Virus record (IMG/VR): IMGVR_UViG_3300025684_000010
Source: a virus
Length of the DNA stretch: 64,000 bases
Reading direction: 5' to 3' (one strand)
In this document: positions 41,073 through 51,637 of the stretch, one piece after another
Position numbering within the stretch: the first letter of the stretch is position 1
Layout: every line of letters begins with the position of its first letter
The notes under the pieces: model-generated
What the model was told of the DNA's origin: nothing
The model's database searches: none
What the model saw: the letters and a program-made list of their open reading frames with translations, nothing else
Program-made: the position numbers and the translations under genes

Positions 41073-44000
41073 TTATGAAGGCGGTGTTGTAATATCATAA
41101 TCGTTTTCTAAGTACTGGCCGAGCAAGTGTTTCATATCATCACTGACAACATGAGCAACATCTTCACGGAAGAATATTACATTTCCATAATTATAAATTC
41201 TACTTGTTGCGCCATACAGAGGCCCTGTTGTTAATTGAAGTCCTGTATAGCCTTGTGCCTGCGCGAACCTAAATGCAGACTCTGTAGCAGGCAAGAAGTT
41301 AACTCCTACGAATGGTCCGCCTGAATAAGGAACAACAGTATCTGCTCTTCCGTTCATTTGAACAATTCTTCTTTGTGGTATTGGAGTCTTCTGCGTTGTA
41401 TAACCATCCTGTGGCCATTCATCACCTGTATATAAATCATTTAATGGATACCAGAACGCACTATTTCTGTATTGGAAATCGTGCGTTTGTGATAGCATAC
41501 AGACAATCGTATCAACGGCAAGATCGTTAATTTCAACAGCAGCCCTTAATGCAAGTCCACCACCATTTGATACACCTACAATACGAATCTTAGTATTATC
41601 AACGTTTTTATATAGTTTCAGCTTAGTAATAAGTTCTTCCAACATTACAATGTCAGGACCGTTTGAAGTTTCATTTGAAACGTTCCAACTATTTGCATAG
41701 CCGTCAACTCCAATACATATATGTCCTGGCAATTCACTAGAGAATTGCGTTATCATTTGTGAACCTGATCCGCCATTGCCATGTAATAAAATAGCAACTG
41801 GGAATGGACCTGATCCTGATGGTATAGCTGCCGTTACGCTGTAATCGTGGAAACCTTGATACCAATTCTTTGTAATTGTTAGATCGGAAACATTATCTTG
41901 AACTAAAGTTAATCCGCCGGTTCCACCAGGTTCATGGTCGGCTGATACACCTGTATTATCAGCAGTAAAGTTAGTAGTACCTGCATTCAGCTCTGTTATA
42001 TCAGCAACATCGAACGGAGAACCACCACCTTGGTCGTTGAATCTTCGTAAGAATCTCGGTTTAATTGTTCCGCCTACCTTTGCCTTAAATATAAAGTCAC
42101 CAAACAGTTTTGAACCTGCCAAGTGAACATTTTCTTTTAATAACTTTTCATAATTCTGTATAGGTAAGCTTGATTTAATTTGATATGAATACTCTTGATA
42201 GAAATCACTATCTTGTATTCTTTGTCCTGAATCTAAATATTCTTGGTCGTATACATTAACGTCCGCATCAAATTCCCAAACAAGGTTTTCCTGTGAACTG
42301 TACCAAGCTTGTTGTTTCATTGAAGGAACAACAATATCATTCCATCTTGCCGTGATACTTGCAGCTGCACTTCTAGATCTTAGCTGCGTCAACCATATTC
42401 CAGTTGCGGCTGAGATTGCCATACCTTGTTTACTTAAATCATATATTGCGTATCCATCTGAAGCAGTACTACTAAACCAAGCTTCGAACGCAGGAGCTAA
42501 AGTTGGATAGGTTACTGTTGGATCAAATCCTATAGCTATTCGACTAACTATTAAAGGTAAAGATGCACCGGGTAAATTTGTTTTTGTTGTTGTTACACTA
42601 TTTTGTTTCCAACCACTTAAGTGAGAATTAGTTCCTGCCCAATATCCACTTGTTACACCTTGAGTATCTGCTTTAATAATACCGTGAGAAACGAATTCAT
42701 TATTGGCTGTTCTTAATTCACCTAAACCATTTGCGAAATCAGTAATCTCTGAATCATCTACTTCGTATTCCCAATAACCAAAACCAGAATTTAATATATT
42801 TACTTCTGAAATTTTCCCTACCGCAAATTCTGTTTCTGATTTAATCACTGCGTTGTCACCAAATCTTGCAGTTCCTAGGAAATCAGTTGCGATACTTAAA
42901 ACATTTTTTACCTGGTCTGGTGCATTCTCAAATGCAATGTTTTCGTTTTTATTTAATCCATTAATATTAAATGGAGTAATCGTAATAAATCCATCTTGTT
43001 GATTAACATCTGTTACGACACCATTTATACCAGAAGTTACACCTCGTATTCTATCTTTCACAGAGAACGAACCTGCATCACCAGCATCAGCAAATAAAAC
43101 AACTTGATTCTTACGATCTACATTTTTAAGTAATGAATCTTGGGCAATCGCAAATACATCACTCTGATAATCGGAACCAGGATTAATATTATCAAATCCT
43201 ACAATAGAACCAATTGTTAAATCTTGAATATCGAATGCTTGATCTAAAGGAGTAGTAAGAGTAACTGGCGAAGCAGTACCTGACATTGGAGTAACTGCGC
43301 CATAATCAGCAGCATCAAGTGTAACAGATACATAAGGTAATATGACGTCAGTAATAATTGAAGCAATAGATGTATCGTTTAATGATGAAACTTTTACATC
43401 GTTTACATTTAACGTATCAGGATAAAGAGGACCTGGAGAAGAACCATTTACTGATACTAATTGATTTGCTGTAAGAGATAAGTTAATTGTTATTTGAGGT
43501 ACAGGAGTAGATATACCGTTAACGAGAATATTTGGCCTGACTGTTGTAACCGTGGTACTATCAGTGAATCCAGTATTAGCGTATGCCGCGTCAAGTTTAA
43601 TTCCTATTGAAGATAAATTTTGCCCAATAATAATACCACTACGACCTGCCGTATCTTGTAATGTTTCACCTATAACAAATTCTTGATTAAAACCATTCGC
43701 ACTGTTATCAAGAATAATAGATTGGTCTGAAACAAGTAATCTTGTATTGTCAATCGTATAACCATAACCACCATTTTCTAAATCGTATTTAATTTGACCT
43801 GATGCTGTATCTGTAACTGCCGTGACAATTGCTTTACCTGCATTACCATCTTTCTGAAGTACATTAAGAACTTCACCAATTTCTCTACCTGCGAGATTCT
43901 TTCTTCTTGCTCCCACATCTGATCTATCAACAATAGTAAACTTTGAAAGAGATCCATTTGTTTTACCAAACTGTACCACTTCACCGTTTATGTTACAAAG

Positions 44001-44633
44001 AATATCTTCATACTTGTTAAATGTACCTTGAATACCATCAAGATATATGACAGGTGTTTTAATACCGTTTAGAATAAAGAAGTTAATTGATCTTACCGAT
44101 GCCTTTGCGCCAGTTACCGAACCTTCAATGTTACGAGCTAATAAATCAAGATACTTGTATTCCTTTCCAGTTTTTGAGGTAAATAAATCATTGTTTGGAA
44201 ACATCTGTAAATAAGTACCTTGCTTCCATGCAGAGTCAGATACCTTTTGCATCTTTTCAGCGGGATACACAATTTCAATTTCAAACTCTTGATAGAATAT
44301 AGCAAAGAATAATTCTATACCGCGGGCAGTACCTTTTGCTCGATATAAGTCAAGTATATTTTTAACAATAAATTTAACAAGATCTGCTTTAAGTGGAAGA
44401 TCAGCAAGAAACTTTTTCTTAAATAGTATAATCATACTATTCATTGTAGTATCAATATCTCTCGTTTCAAATAAACGTCTTGCTTGATAGATATGCTGAT
44501 TCTCTTGAGTTTCAGACCACCTATAATACTCTTCGACTAATTTAACAAGCTCAGGTCCATCTTCCCTGTAAATAGCGGGGAACTGATTCTTAATGAAAAG
44601 CGACAGATTTTTTTGTATATCACCCTGAGGCAT
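41073..44633 (-). CDS. gp7: Baseplate wedge initiator gp7-like protein with C-terminal alpha/beta-hydrolase (esterase) domain (1186 aa)
   Basis: N-terminal QFPAIYREDGPEL..LVEEYY.W.E and LYRAKGT.RGIELFF; later RIQDSDFYQEYSYQIKS...VHLAGSKLFG. The C-terminus has LLHGNGG, GVSNGG (G-x-S-x-G), NGRADTVVPY and a terminal His. Confidence 0.8.
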   Translation of the reverse strand: MPQGDIQKNLSLFIKNQFPAIYREDGPELVKLVEEYYRWSETQENQHIYQARRLFETRDIDTTMNSMIILFKKKFLADLPLKADLVKFIVKNILDLYRAKGTARGIELFFAIFYQEFEIEIVYPAEKMQKVSDSAWKQGTYLQMFPNNDLFTSKTGKEYKYLDLLARNIEGSVTGAKASVRSINFFILNGIKTPVIYLDGIQGTFNKYEDILCNINGEVVQFGKTNGSLSKFTIVDRSDVGARRKNLAGREIGEVLNVLQKDGNAGKAIVTAVTDTASGQIKYDLENGGYGYTIDNTRLLVSDQSIILDNSANGFNQEFVIGETLQDTAGRSGIIIGQNLSSIGIKLDAAYANTGFTDSTTVTTVRPNILVNGISTPVPQITINLSLTANQLVSVNGSSPGPLYPDTLNVNDVKVSSLNDTSIASIITDVILPYVSVTLDAADYGAVTPMSGTASPVTLTTPLDQAFDIQDLTIGSIVGFDNINPGSDYQSDVFAIAQDSLLKNVDRKNQVVLFADAGDAGSFSVKDRIRGVTSGINGVVTDVNQQDGFITITPFNINGLNKNENIAFENAPDQVKNVLSIATDFLGTARFGDNAVIKSETEFAVGKISEVNILNSGFGYWEYEVDDSEITDFANGLGELRTANNEFVSHGIIKADTQGVTSGYWAGTNSHLSGWKQNSVTTTKTNLPGASLPLIVSRIAIGFDPTVTYPTLAPAFEAWFSSTASDGYAIYDLSKQGMAISAATGIWLTQLRSRSAAASITARWNDIVVPSMKQQAWYSSQENLVWEFDADVNVYDQEYLDSGQRIQDSDFYQEYSYQIKSSLPIQNYEKLLKENVHLAGSKLFGDFIFKAKVGGTIKPRFLRRFNDQGGGSPFDVADITELNAGTTNFTADNTGVSADHEPGGTGGLTLVQDNVSDLTITKNWYQGFHDYSVTAAIPSGSGPFPVAILLHGNGGSGSQMITQFSSELPGHICIGVDGYANSWNVSNETSNGPDIVMLEELITKLKLYKNVDNTKIRIVGVSNGGGLALRAAVEINDLAVDTIVCMLSQTHDFQYRNSAFWYPLNDLYTGDEWPQDGYTTQKTPIPQRRIVQMNGRADTVVPYSGGPFVGVNFLPATESAFRFAQAQGYTGLQLTTGPLYGATSRIYNYGNVIFFREDVAHVVSDDMKHLLGQYLENDYDITTPPS

Positions 44634-44648
44634 AATTCTCTTCTCTTA

Positions 44649-46532
44649 TTAATAACTTGTTGAGTTAACAGACACCGGAGCTATGAACTCATCCAAAGTC
44701 AATACTACTTTAACGTCTGTATCTCTTAATATAAACACGCGACCTTTTGGAGCAACAACATCGTTATCTACAGTTTTCGCAGTTACTTTAATCGCACTGC
44801 CTGTAAATGTTTCTACCTTAAAGTTTGTTAGTTTCACTTCACCTTTATCATAATCAATTGTACCTGCAGTTGGATTAATAATCTGCGGGTTTGTTGCTTC
44901 ATCAGTAATGATCATAATATTACCTAAGCCATCATCTTGGAAATATACACAAGTACCATTTATATCAAACGGTGAAGATTTAACAGCAGGCTTAAAGTTT
45001 GTGAAACCATTTGCCGCATTGTAAATATAAGGTCTTACTAACGGCGTTTCAAATCTGAATGTTGGGTTTGTATTAAAATTAAGTGGTGGTGAATATTCAA
45101 TGACAGGCGATACTGTAATCTCACTACTTAATATTCCTACATCTAATGCATCAATAATACCTGATAGTTTAGATCGTCTTAAAGTTTTATCAAATCCTTC
45201 AAGGTTATCATCAGAATATTTTTGAATCGCAGCTCTTGCCAACGTTTCTAATTCTGCTTCACCTTTTTCTGTATTCTTTTTGGTGTAATTTATAATTACT
45301 TCCATATCACCATAAACGAATTCGGTTTGTTTAAAGATTGGTTCAATACCTAGTGGAGCTCTTTCTTTTAAATAAGCCAAATAAGAATTGGATAAAGTAG
45401 AGGATATGATTTGTGTATCATCATTTAAATAAACAGAAACAGCAACTCTACCAAATTGAGGTGGATCTAACTGTTCACCACCGTATGCAGACACTGCGGA
45501 TATCTCAGGGAATGCTTGTTGTAATAATACTTCGTAATCTTTCGATGTGACTGCTCGTTCTTGTACCTGTAATGCCTTAGGAGCAAAATATCGAATGGAT
45601 TCCATTGACTCTCTTTCAGCACCACCTGCCGCAGCAGACAATGTATAAGCAGAGATCGTTGCGTTTTCAATAAAAGATCCTGAAAACGAACTGTCTTTAC
45701 CTGCACCATTTGGCTCAGTTCCTGAACAGATTCTATATCGTACTCTTACATCTTCAAACTCTTGAGGTTGTAAACCAAATTGATTCTTACCAAAGTAAAT
45801 AGAATACTTATCATCAAGATATGGTTCAAGGTAGAATACTTTATCTTGAGGACTAATACCGTAAATAGTATTTGCTCTTGTAAATACGTTTGCATCATCA
45901 GTTGCTTCTGCATCAACAAACACAACAATTGAATCTGTATCTACTTCGTTGTTTGTAAGGAATACTCTAAGTACTCCGTCTGCATCAACAATAAATCCTT
46001 CTCTTTGGAAACTTGATAACATTTCACCTTCGTAAACATCAACACTTGCAGCAACAAATGAACCTGATTCAAATACAACACCAGTTTGAGGATTGATGTC
46101 AGTTGATAATACTTTTCTGGCCGTATACATTTTATCTGTTACGAATGAAAAACTTTCACCTTGATGATTTACTTTAAATTGAGAATATTTTGGAATTGTA
46201 ATTGTTGCGTCTTCACGTGTTGGATCTTGAATCACAACATATAGTGTAGCCTTAGCAGACTTACGTGAACGAGGTATATAGTTTAATTCTTTTGCATGGG
46301 AAACGATTGAGTTCTTAAGGATGGCAGAGTCAAGAAACATTTCGTTAAGTGCCATGTTTGTATAGAAGTTATTCTGATAACTATTAAACGCAAGAACATC
46401 TAACAAGACGCTCATGTTTGAGCCATCAAAGTTATAATCCTTGAATTGCGTTTGTGTTTCTAGATAACTCCTAAGTTGACTTTTTACTGCGCCGAAGTCA
46501 AGTTCGGTAATTGGTGTTTTTGGATTTGCCAT
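44649..46532 (-). CDS. gp6: Baseplate wedge subunit gp6
   Basis: LDFGAVKSQLRSYL..QTQFKDYNFDGS.MSVLLDVLAFN, S.ESIRYFAP...Q.RAVT..DY and G.IDYDKG motifs. Confidence 0.95.
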   Translation of the reverse strand: MANPKTPITELDFGAVKSQLRSYLETQTQFKDYNFDGSNMSVLLDVLAFNSYQNNFYTNMALNEMFLDSAILKNSIVSHAKELNYIPRSRKSAKATLYVVIQDPTREDATITIPKYSQFKVNHQGESFSFVTDKMYTARKVLSTDINPQTGVVFESGSFVAASVDVYEGEMLSSFQREGFIVDADGVLRVFLTNNEVDTDSIVVFVDAEATDDANVFTRANTIYGISPQDKVFYLEPYLDDKYSIYFGKNQFGLQPQEFEDVRVRYRICSGTEPNGAGKDSSFSGSFIENATISAYTLSAAAGGAERESMESIRYFAPKALQVQERAVTSKDYEVLLQQAFPEISAVSAYGGEQLDPPQFGRVAVSVYLNDDTQIISSTLSNSYLAYLKERAPLGIEPIFKQTEFVYGDMEVIINYTKKNTEKGEAELETLARAAIQKYSDDNLEGFDKTLRRSKLSGIIDALDVGILSSEITVSPVIEYSPPLNFNTNPTFRFETPLVRPYIYNAANGFTNFKPAVKSSPFDINGTCVYFQDDGLGNIMIITDEATNPQIINPTAGTIDYDKGEVKLTNFKVETFTGSAIKVTAKTVDNDVVAPKGRVFILRDTDVKVVLTLDEFIAPVSVNSTSY

Positions 46533-46534
46533 CT

Positions 46535-46954
46535 CTATCTATTCCTTTGTAATACAACGTCTAACTGTATTGGCTGTTCAACCTGTCTAATATAAAAAGT
46601 AATCCCAACGTAGACTTCACCATCGTCAGGCTTTGAACTTACTGCAACATTAATTAATTGAGCTCTTGGTTCATAGGTCTGAATTGTTGACGTTACTCTA
46701 TCTTCTATTAATTTTAATGTACCGGGTGTTAAATTTTCAAATAACATTGCTCTGATATTGCCACCCATATAAGGTTGCATTAATCTTTCGCCGCGATCTG
46801 TTAATATTAAATTCTTAATTGATTCTTTAACTGCTTCTTCATCTTTTAGAAGCACTACATCAAATGAAACTGGACTCACGAGCAGATCTTTACGAAAATC
46901 AGTGTTAAGATTAATCTTTTTCTTTACTGGTGAAATGTAATCTGCAATTGCCAT
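46535..46954 (-). CDS. gp25: Baseplate wedge subunit gp25
   Basis: AVKESIKNLILTDRGERLMQPY.G...LFE...I..YEPR matches the gp25/GPW family. Confidence 0.95.
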   Translation of the reverse strand: MAIADYISPVKKKINLNTDFRKDLLVSPVSFDVVLLKDEEAVKESIKNLILTDRGERLMQPYMGGNIRAMLFENLTPGTLKLIEDRVTSTIQTYEPRAQLINVAVSSKPDDGEVYVGITFYIRQVEQPIQLDVVLQRNR

Positions 46955-48516
46955 TATAGTATTTCTCTTATATCTAAATGAATCTTATTTAACTCTGGGT
47001 AATCCTTAACATATTTAAATCCACCTTTTAATGCATTTTGAATAAAGGCTTCGGGATCTGCCATATCTCTTTTAACATCAATAACCAAACCACTCAAGTG
47101 TGAATTGTCTTCAGGTCCGTCTGCCTTTGTGTTATAAGCTTTACTTACCCAGCCTTCTGTTATTATTAAAGGTTTTGCTGAAGACGTTAATTTCTGTAAT
47201 CTGTGTAGGTATACTTTAACATCAAGGTCAATTCTTGTCCAGGCATATATACCAATACCTTCTTTTTCGTCAAACGAATCTCCTTCGACTCTAAATACAT
47301 CTGACGATCCTTTAAATACATTACCACATCTTGGAAGGTTTTTATAGTCCTCAGCAGTAATGGGTTTAACATTCTGCGGTATTTTACCTGTGTCAGTCTT
47401 TTCATTACCACCAGGAGAAGTCCATCTACCTTGTAATCTATTTATTACCTCTTTCCTAGTCGATGGAGAATACCTTATAGCTCCTGCTCTGATAGCAGAT
47501 GACTCATTGATTCTTGAGATGTTTTTAAGACGATCTACGATTGTACTGTATCGCCTTGTATAATCATCAAGGGGTTTATTAATGTCCCTTATCAATGATT
47601 CTATTGACCCTGCAAGTGCACAGATCCTAGCTACAATGTATTGAATCTCTTCGATACCAGGTGATTCAAATGCAGCTACTGCGTAATCAATTAAACCTTT
47701 TATCTTATCTTTAATACCTTTCTTATTCTCTTCAGTAAAGAATGCACACATCTGTTCTCTTGCTGTCATAATACCTTTTACAACTTTTGCATTCACAAAT
47801 GTTTCTGCATCTGCCACCAGCGCACTCGGATCAAAGTTGTTTATCATATCTTGTACTTCATCAAAGACTTTATTGATTACTTCTTCAATCTTTTCTTTAA
47901 TTGCTTTAATTAACTTTTTGATTAATTCTTCTGCCGTTAGATCTTTAATACCATCATAACCTCTACTGATCTTATCGGCCAAAGCTAATGCATCGGCTAT
48001 GATACCATCAACCACTCCAATTAAATCAAAGAACGCATCTACTGATAAAAAGAAACTATCAAAGGCATCGCAGAATCCACCTAAGATAGAAGTATTGAAA
48101 TCATTCTTATAATATGCATCAAGGTTTCTTGCTAGTTTAGGAGCATTACCATCATTGATTAAATTAGTAGGTGTATAGTTATATGCTTGCATGAAGTCGG
48201 CAGTTTCAAGATTTGATATATCACCTCGTTGCCATCTATCAGATAAATCAGGATAACTACTTAAATCACCTATTTGTTGTCTAAGCAAACCATTTAAATA
48301 ACCAGATGCAGCATATATCTTATCACCGTATTTGTTAACTGCTCTACTTAACGGATTTGTTTCTGCATCTTGGAGTATACTATTAGCAATCTCTTGAGTC
48401 ACAAGATCAATTTGTCCAAGAGTATATCTTCCTGCGCCATCAATGGCTGGAATTTTATTAATTAATAAAGTATTCTGAGTTACTTGATCGTTACCGTCTA
48501 CGCATGGATCGACCAT
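46954..48516 (-). CDS. Baseplate-associated protein with C-terminal peptidase M15 (Zn D-Ala-D-Ala / Hedgehog fold) (520 aa)
   Basis: C-terminal ITEGWVSKAYN...NSHLSGLVIDV...IHLDIR matches the M15 S-x-H-x6-D...H pattern. It lies between gp5 and gp25. Confidence 0.7.
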   Translation of the reverse strand: MVDPCVDGNDQVTQNTLLINKIPAIDGAGRYTLGQIDLVTQEIANSILQDAETNPLSRAVNKYGDKIYAASGYLNGLLRQQIGDLSSYPDLSDRWQRGDISNLETADFMQAYNYTPTNLINDGNAPKLARNLDAYYKNDFNTSILGGFCDAFDSFFLSVDAFFDLIGVVDGIIADALALADKISRGYDGIKDLTAEELIKKLIKAIKEKIEEVINKVFDEVQDMINNFDPSALVADAETFVNAKVVKGIMTAREQMCAFFTEENKKGIKDKIKGLIDYAVAAFESPGIEEIQYIVARICALAGSIESLIRDINKPLDDYTRRYSTIVDRLKNISRINESSAIRAGAIRYSPSTRKEVINRLQGRWTSPGGNEKTDTGKIPQNVKPITAEDYKNLPRCGNVFKGSSDVFRVEGDSFDEKEGIGIYAWTRIDLDVKVYLHRLQKLTSSAKPLIITEGWVSKAYNTKADGPEDNSHLSGLVIDVKRDMADPEAFIQNALKGGFKYVKDYPELNKIHLDIREIL

Positions 48517-50249
48517 TATCTACGTCCTCTTCTTGTTAGAGATTTCGTTTGATCTTTCGCCGAATCATCTAACGCTGAAATATATCCACCAGAATATCCC
48601 ATCGCAAAATAACCACGAGGAACAATCGATGTTGACTTTTTAGGTGGTTCAGGCATCTTGGCTAAAGTCATTCCCCATGCTCCTAAACCAAGTGGTAAGA
48701 AGTCGGCAATAATAGCAGCGAATGCAGAAGCAGGATTTAATACCTTAGCAATAAACTCTGGACTATTACCTGTAGGATACGCCCAGCCTGAAGTTAATCC
48801 TGGTAAAGGAGCAACGATTGGAGCAGATATAGCAGGAGGTAATAATGCAGGTACACTTGGTATTGATACACTTACAGCTGGTGGACGATATAAACCATTA
48901 TATGCAGCTCCTGTTGCTGTCATAAGTGGTGCACCTAAATTAGTAAAGTCACCACTTGTTGCTATTACTGCCGTTGCGACAACTGATGGAGAATTAACAA
49001 CACTACTTGAAGTAATGATACCTGAGTTAATAGCAGTAGTATTAAATACTCCTGTATGAGAAGTTGATACCGAAGCGATTTGCATTGTTGGTGTAGTTAA
49101 ACTCCAACCCGGTGTTGGTACAGCAGTTCCTGTTAGAGGAGTAGGCGGTATTTTACCACTTGCTAAACTAATTATGTTTGAAGCTGTATTATGTATATCA
49201 CCTGGTGTAGATAACTTAATTGCTTTAGTTGAGAATACATCGTAAGTATTTAATGCAGTAGCTTTAATATTTTTGGCAACAAAGTTTAATTGATTTCTTG
49301 CTTCAAATTGTATTTCTTTTTTCGCAAATAAAGTAGCAATACCTGCGTTGGCTTCGATCTTAATATCTCCGCCTCTCATTTGAACCTGATCACTTGCATT
49401 TAAATTCATTTGACCGCCAACACCAAACTCTGCGTGACCATGCACAAGCAATTTATAATCGCCTTCTATTTCTTCTGTTTTATTTCCTTTTACATAAACA
49501 TGAGCGTTACCATTAACTGTAACTACACTATGACCTGATGATTCGTGTTTTGTTCCAATATTAATTTCATAACGATCTGCGGCAGCTTTTTCAGAAACTG
49601 TACCTTTTGAATCTATTTGAATATATGCACCACTATCGTGATGAATCATAATTCTTTCTGCACCAGGAGAATCATCTAATTCAATACTGTGTCTTCCTGA
49701 TTTAATTACTCTATTATATGGATATTTGGCTGCGTAAGCTGGTGGAGGTTCAGACCACGTTTCATCTGTATCAGCAATCTTTTGATCATGCGTACGATTG
49801 GCTGCTTGTTGTAATAGATAAGTTTCATTTAATAATTCACCGCGAGCTAATCTATCTGGTCCGCCGCCTGCGTTGAAATCATTTGGAGTATAACCTCTTG
49901 CTAATAGATCACCATTCTTTTCAGGAATAACACCTTCACCGTCTTTAGTTGGATCTGAGACTGTATTATACATACCAGGTAATAAACCTAATATGATTGG
50001 ATGTTGTGCCATTCGTCCATCTAAGAACATTCCGTATACATAAGATCCTAATGATGGTGGTGGATTGTTTGGATCGTAATTACCTGCTGCACACATTGCC
50101 CAAGGCAAATCTTTTGTTTCAATTTCTTGATTTGTTCCGTGTACGCCAAACGCTCGAACTCTTACTCGACCTTCGTGAGTTTCATCGAGATTGCCTTCAA
50201 CCATACCGATGAAGAAGAACGGATTACTTATTCCTGTACCATCAATCAT
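48516..50249 (-). CDS. gp5: Baseplate hub / central spike gp5, without a lysozyme domain (577 aa)
   Basis: OB-fold start FFFIGMVE...GRVRVRAFGVH...LPWA and V.G.FLDG...Q.PIILG; WSEP...YPYNRV..SG.H.IE.DDSPG.ERI...H; beta-helical spike repeats. Confidence 0.9.
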   Translation of the reverse strand: MIDGTGISNPFFFIGMVEGNLDETHEGRVRVRAFGVHGTNQEIETKDLPWAMCAAGNYDPNNPPPSLGSYVYGMFLDGRMAQHPIILGLLPGMYNTVSDPTKDGEGVIPEKNGDLLARGYTPNDFNAGGGPDRLARGELLNETYLLQQAANRTHDQKIADTDETWSEPPPAYAAKYPYNRVIKSGRHSIELDDSPGAERIMIHHDSGAYIQIDSKGTVSEKAAADRYEINIGTKHESSGHSVVTVNGNAHVYVKGNKTEEIEGDYKLLVHGHAEFGVGGQMNLNASDQVQMRGGDIKIEANAGIATLFAKKEIQFEARNQLNFVAKNIKATALNTYDVFSTKAIKLSTPGDIHNTASNIISLASGKIPPTPLTGTAVPTPGWSLTTPTMQIASVSTSHTGVFNTTAINSGIITSSSVVNSPSVVATAVIATSGDFTNLGAPLMTATGAAYNGLYRPPAVSVSIPSVPALLPPAISAPIVAPLPGLTSGWAYPTGNSPEFIAKVLNPASAFAAIIADFLPLGLGAWGMTLAKMPEPPKKSTSIVPRGYFAMGYSGGYISALDDSAKDQTKSLTRRGRR

Positions 50250-51637
50250 ATATCACCTTTTTGCCAACCATATTTTATCGCTTCGACTTTAGTACTCAGC
50301 GTGTTCATCTCCATTGAATGGTCAACGCTAGCAATTAAATATTTGCCACTCAATCTTTCATTTTGTTTACTTTCTAACGCAATGTTAGGTTCTTGTGTAA
50401 TTAGATTAATCACATCGCCTGGTACCAAATCTATCCTGCCTTCAATACCCAAAGAAACTGTTGAATTATTTAAATGGTAATTATAAGCAACTCTGTTTTG
50501 AATAATCTCAACCATATTTTGTGGTGTACGAAGTACTTGACCTGGTATTGAAGCAACTCCATCAGGTTGCCAATCTCTGTATACCACATATTGCTTTGCG
50601 TTTTTGTTTTCGTCTTTAAATGTTTCTTTTATAAATTTATCTGAATGTACTGCACCAACGTTTGATGTTCTTGGTTGTCCTGTCATACCAATGTATTTCT
50701 TTTTTGCGTTTTGATAATCAAATTTATAAGAAGTTCTTGTATGATTCACGAAATCAATTTCCATTACCGTGTTCTTATAAGCACCACTATCAATGTCAGC
50801 GCCTGTATCAACATGATTCTGATTAGAAAAAGATACAACGTTTCTTACCATTATCTTAGCGTATTGTGAGGCGTCTTGTTCTGAAAAGCTTAAATAGTAA
50901 AAGTCTTTAATTTTACTTTCATTCTTTATTGCTCTTTTTAACATCCATTCGTCAGTTACCCAATAGTAACCATCAAAAGTTTCAAAGAAACGATACATGT
51001 TCGATGGAGATTGTGATCCTGCTTTTGATTTACTTGCCAAGAAGTTCATTGCTTGGGCTGGAGTATAATCAGGAATGATCGTTCTCATCTGACCATCAGA
51101 TTCTTCGATATAAAACGCTCTTCCTTTATTTGAAGTTAATTGTAAACCTTCAGAGTTATCAGGCATTTCACCAACTGACGTTGCTGTACTTAATTCTTTA
51201 TTTGAATTAAAATACTTTTTAAATATTTCTCTAGCAGCATATGATCCTGATATATTTGTAAAGGCAGTTATCACGCTTTGTATTCCTGCTCTAAAGGTTG
51301 TTCTGCTTACAAAGTGTAATGTATAAAAATAACCATCGCCTAAATCGTTTTTACTTAAACCATCAATTTTAACTATTTGACCTTTAATGTTTAATTCTGT
51401 TTGAAGATCATGTCCTTTAATTATTAATTCTAATTCTTCTTCTGCCCTTAATGGGAAATCGTGTAACGTTCCAACTTGGTCTAAGACCTTAAGTGTTCCA
51501 GAAAAAGAAGAGCTATAGATAGATTGCTTTAGATTAAATCCATATATCAAAGCAGTAATAGAAGCGTCTCTATTGTCCACCGATTTAATCATAGCGCTTT
51601 CTATAGTACAATGAGAAGGATTAAAAGATTCTGACAT
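50246..51637 (-). CDS. Probable baseplate hub protein (gp27/gpD-like) (463 aa)
   Basis: Lies between gp53 and gp5, with Y.FFETFDGYYW and I.G..DL.PGDVI....SGKYLI..V.H motifs typical of contractile-tail hub proteins. Confidence 0.65.
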   Translation of the reverse strand: MSESFNPSHCTIESAMIKSVDNRDASITALIYGFNLKQSIYSSSFSGTLKVLDQVGTLHDFPLRAEEELELIIKGHDLQTELNIKGQIVKIDGLSKNDLGDGYFYTLHFVSRTTFRAGIQSVITAFTNISGSYAAREIFKKYFNSNKELSTATSVGEMPDNSEGLQLTSNKGRAFYIEESDGQMRTIIPDYTPAQAMNFLASKSKAGSQSPSNMYRFFETFDGYYWVTDEWMLKRAIKNESKIKDFYYLSFSEQDASQYAKIMVRNVVSFSNQNHVDTGADIDSGAYKNTVMEIDFVNHTRTSYKFDYQNAKKKYIGMTGQPRTSNVGAVHSDKFIKETFKDENKNAKQYVVYRDWQPDGVASIPGQVLRTPQNMVEIIQNRVAYNYHLNNSTVSLGIEGRIDLVPGDVINLITQEPNIALESKQNERLSGKYLIASVDHSMEMNTLSTKVEAIKYGWQKGDI

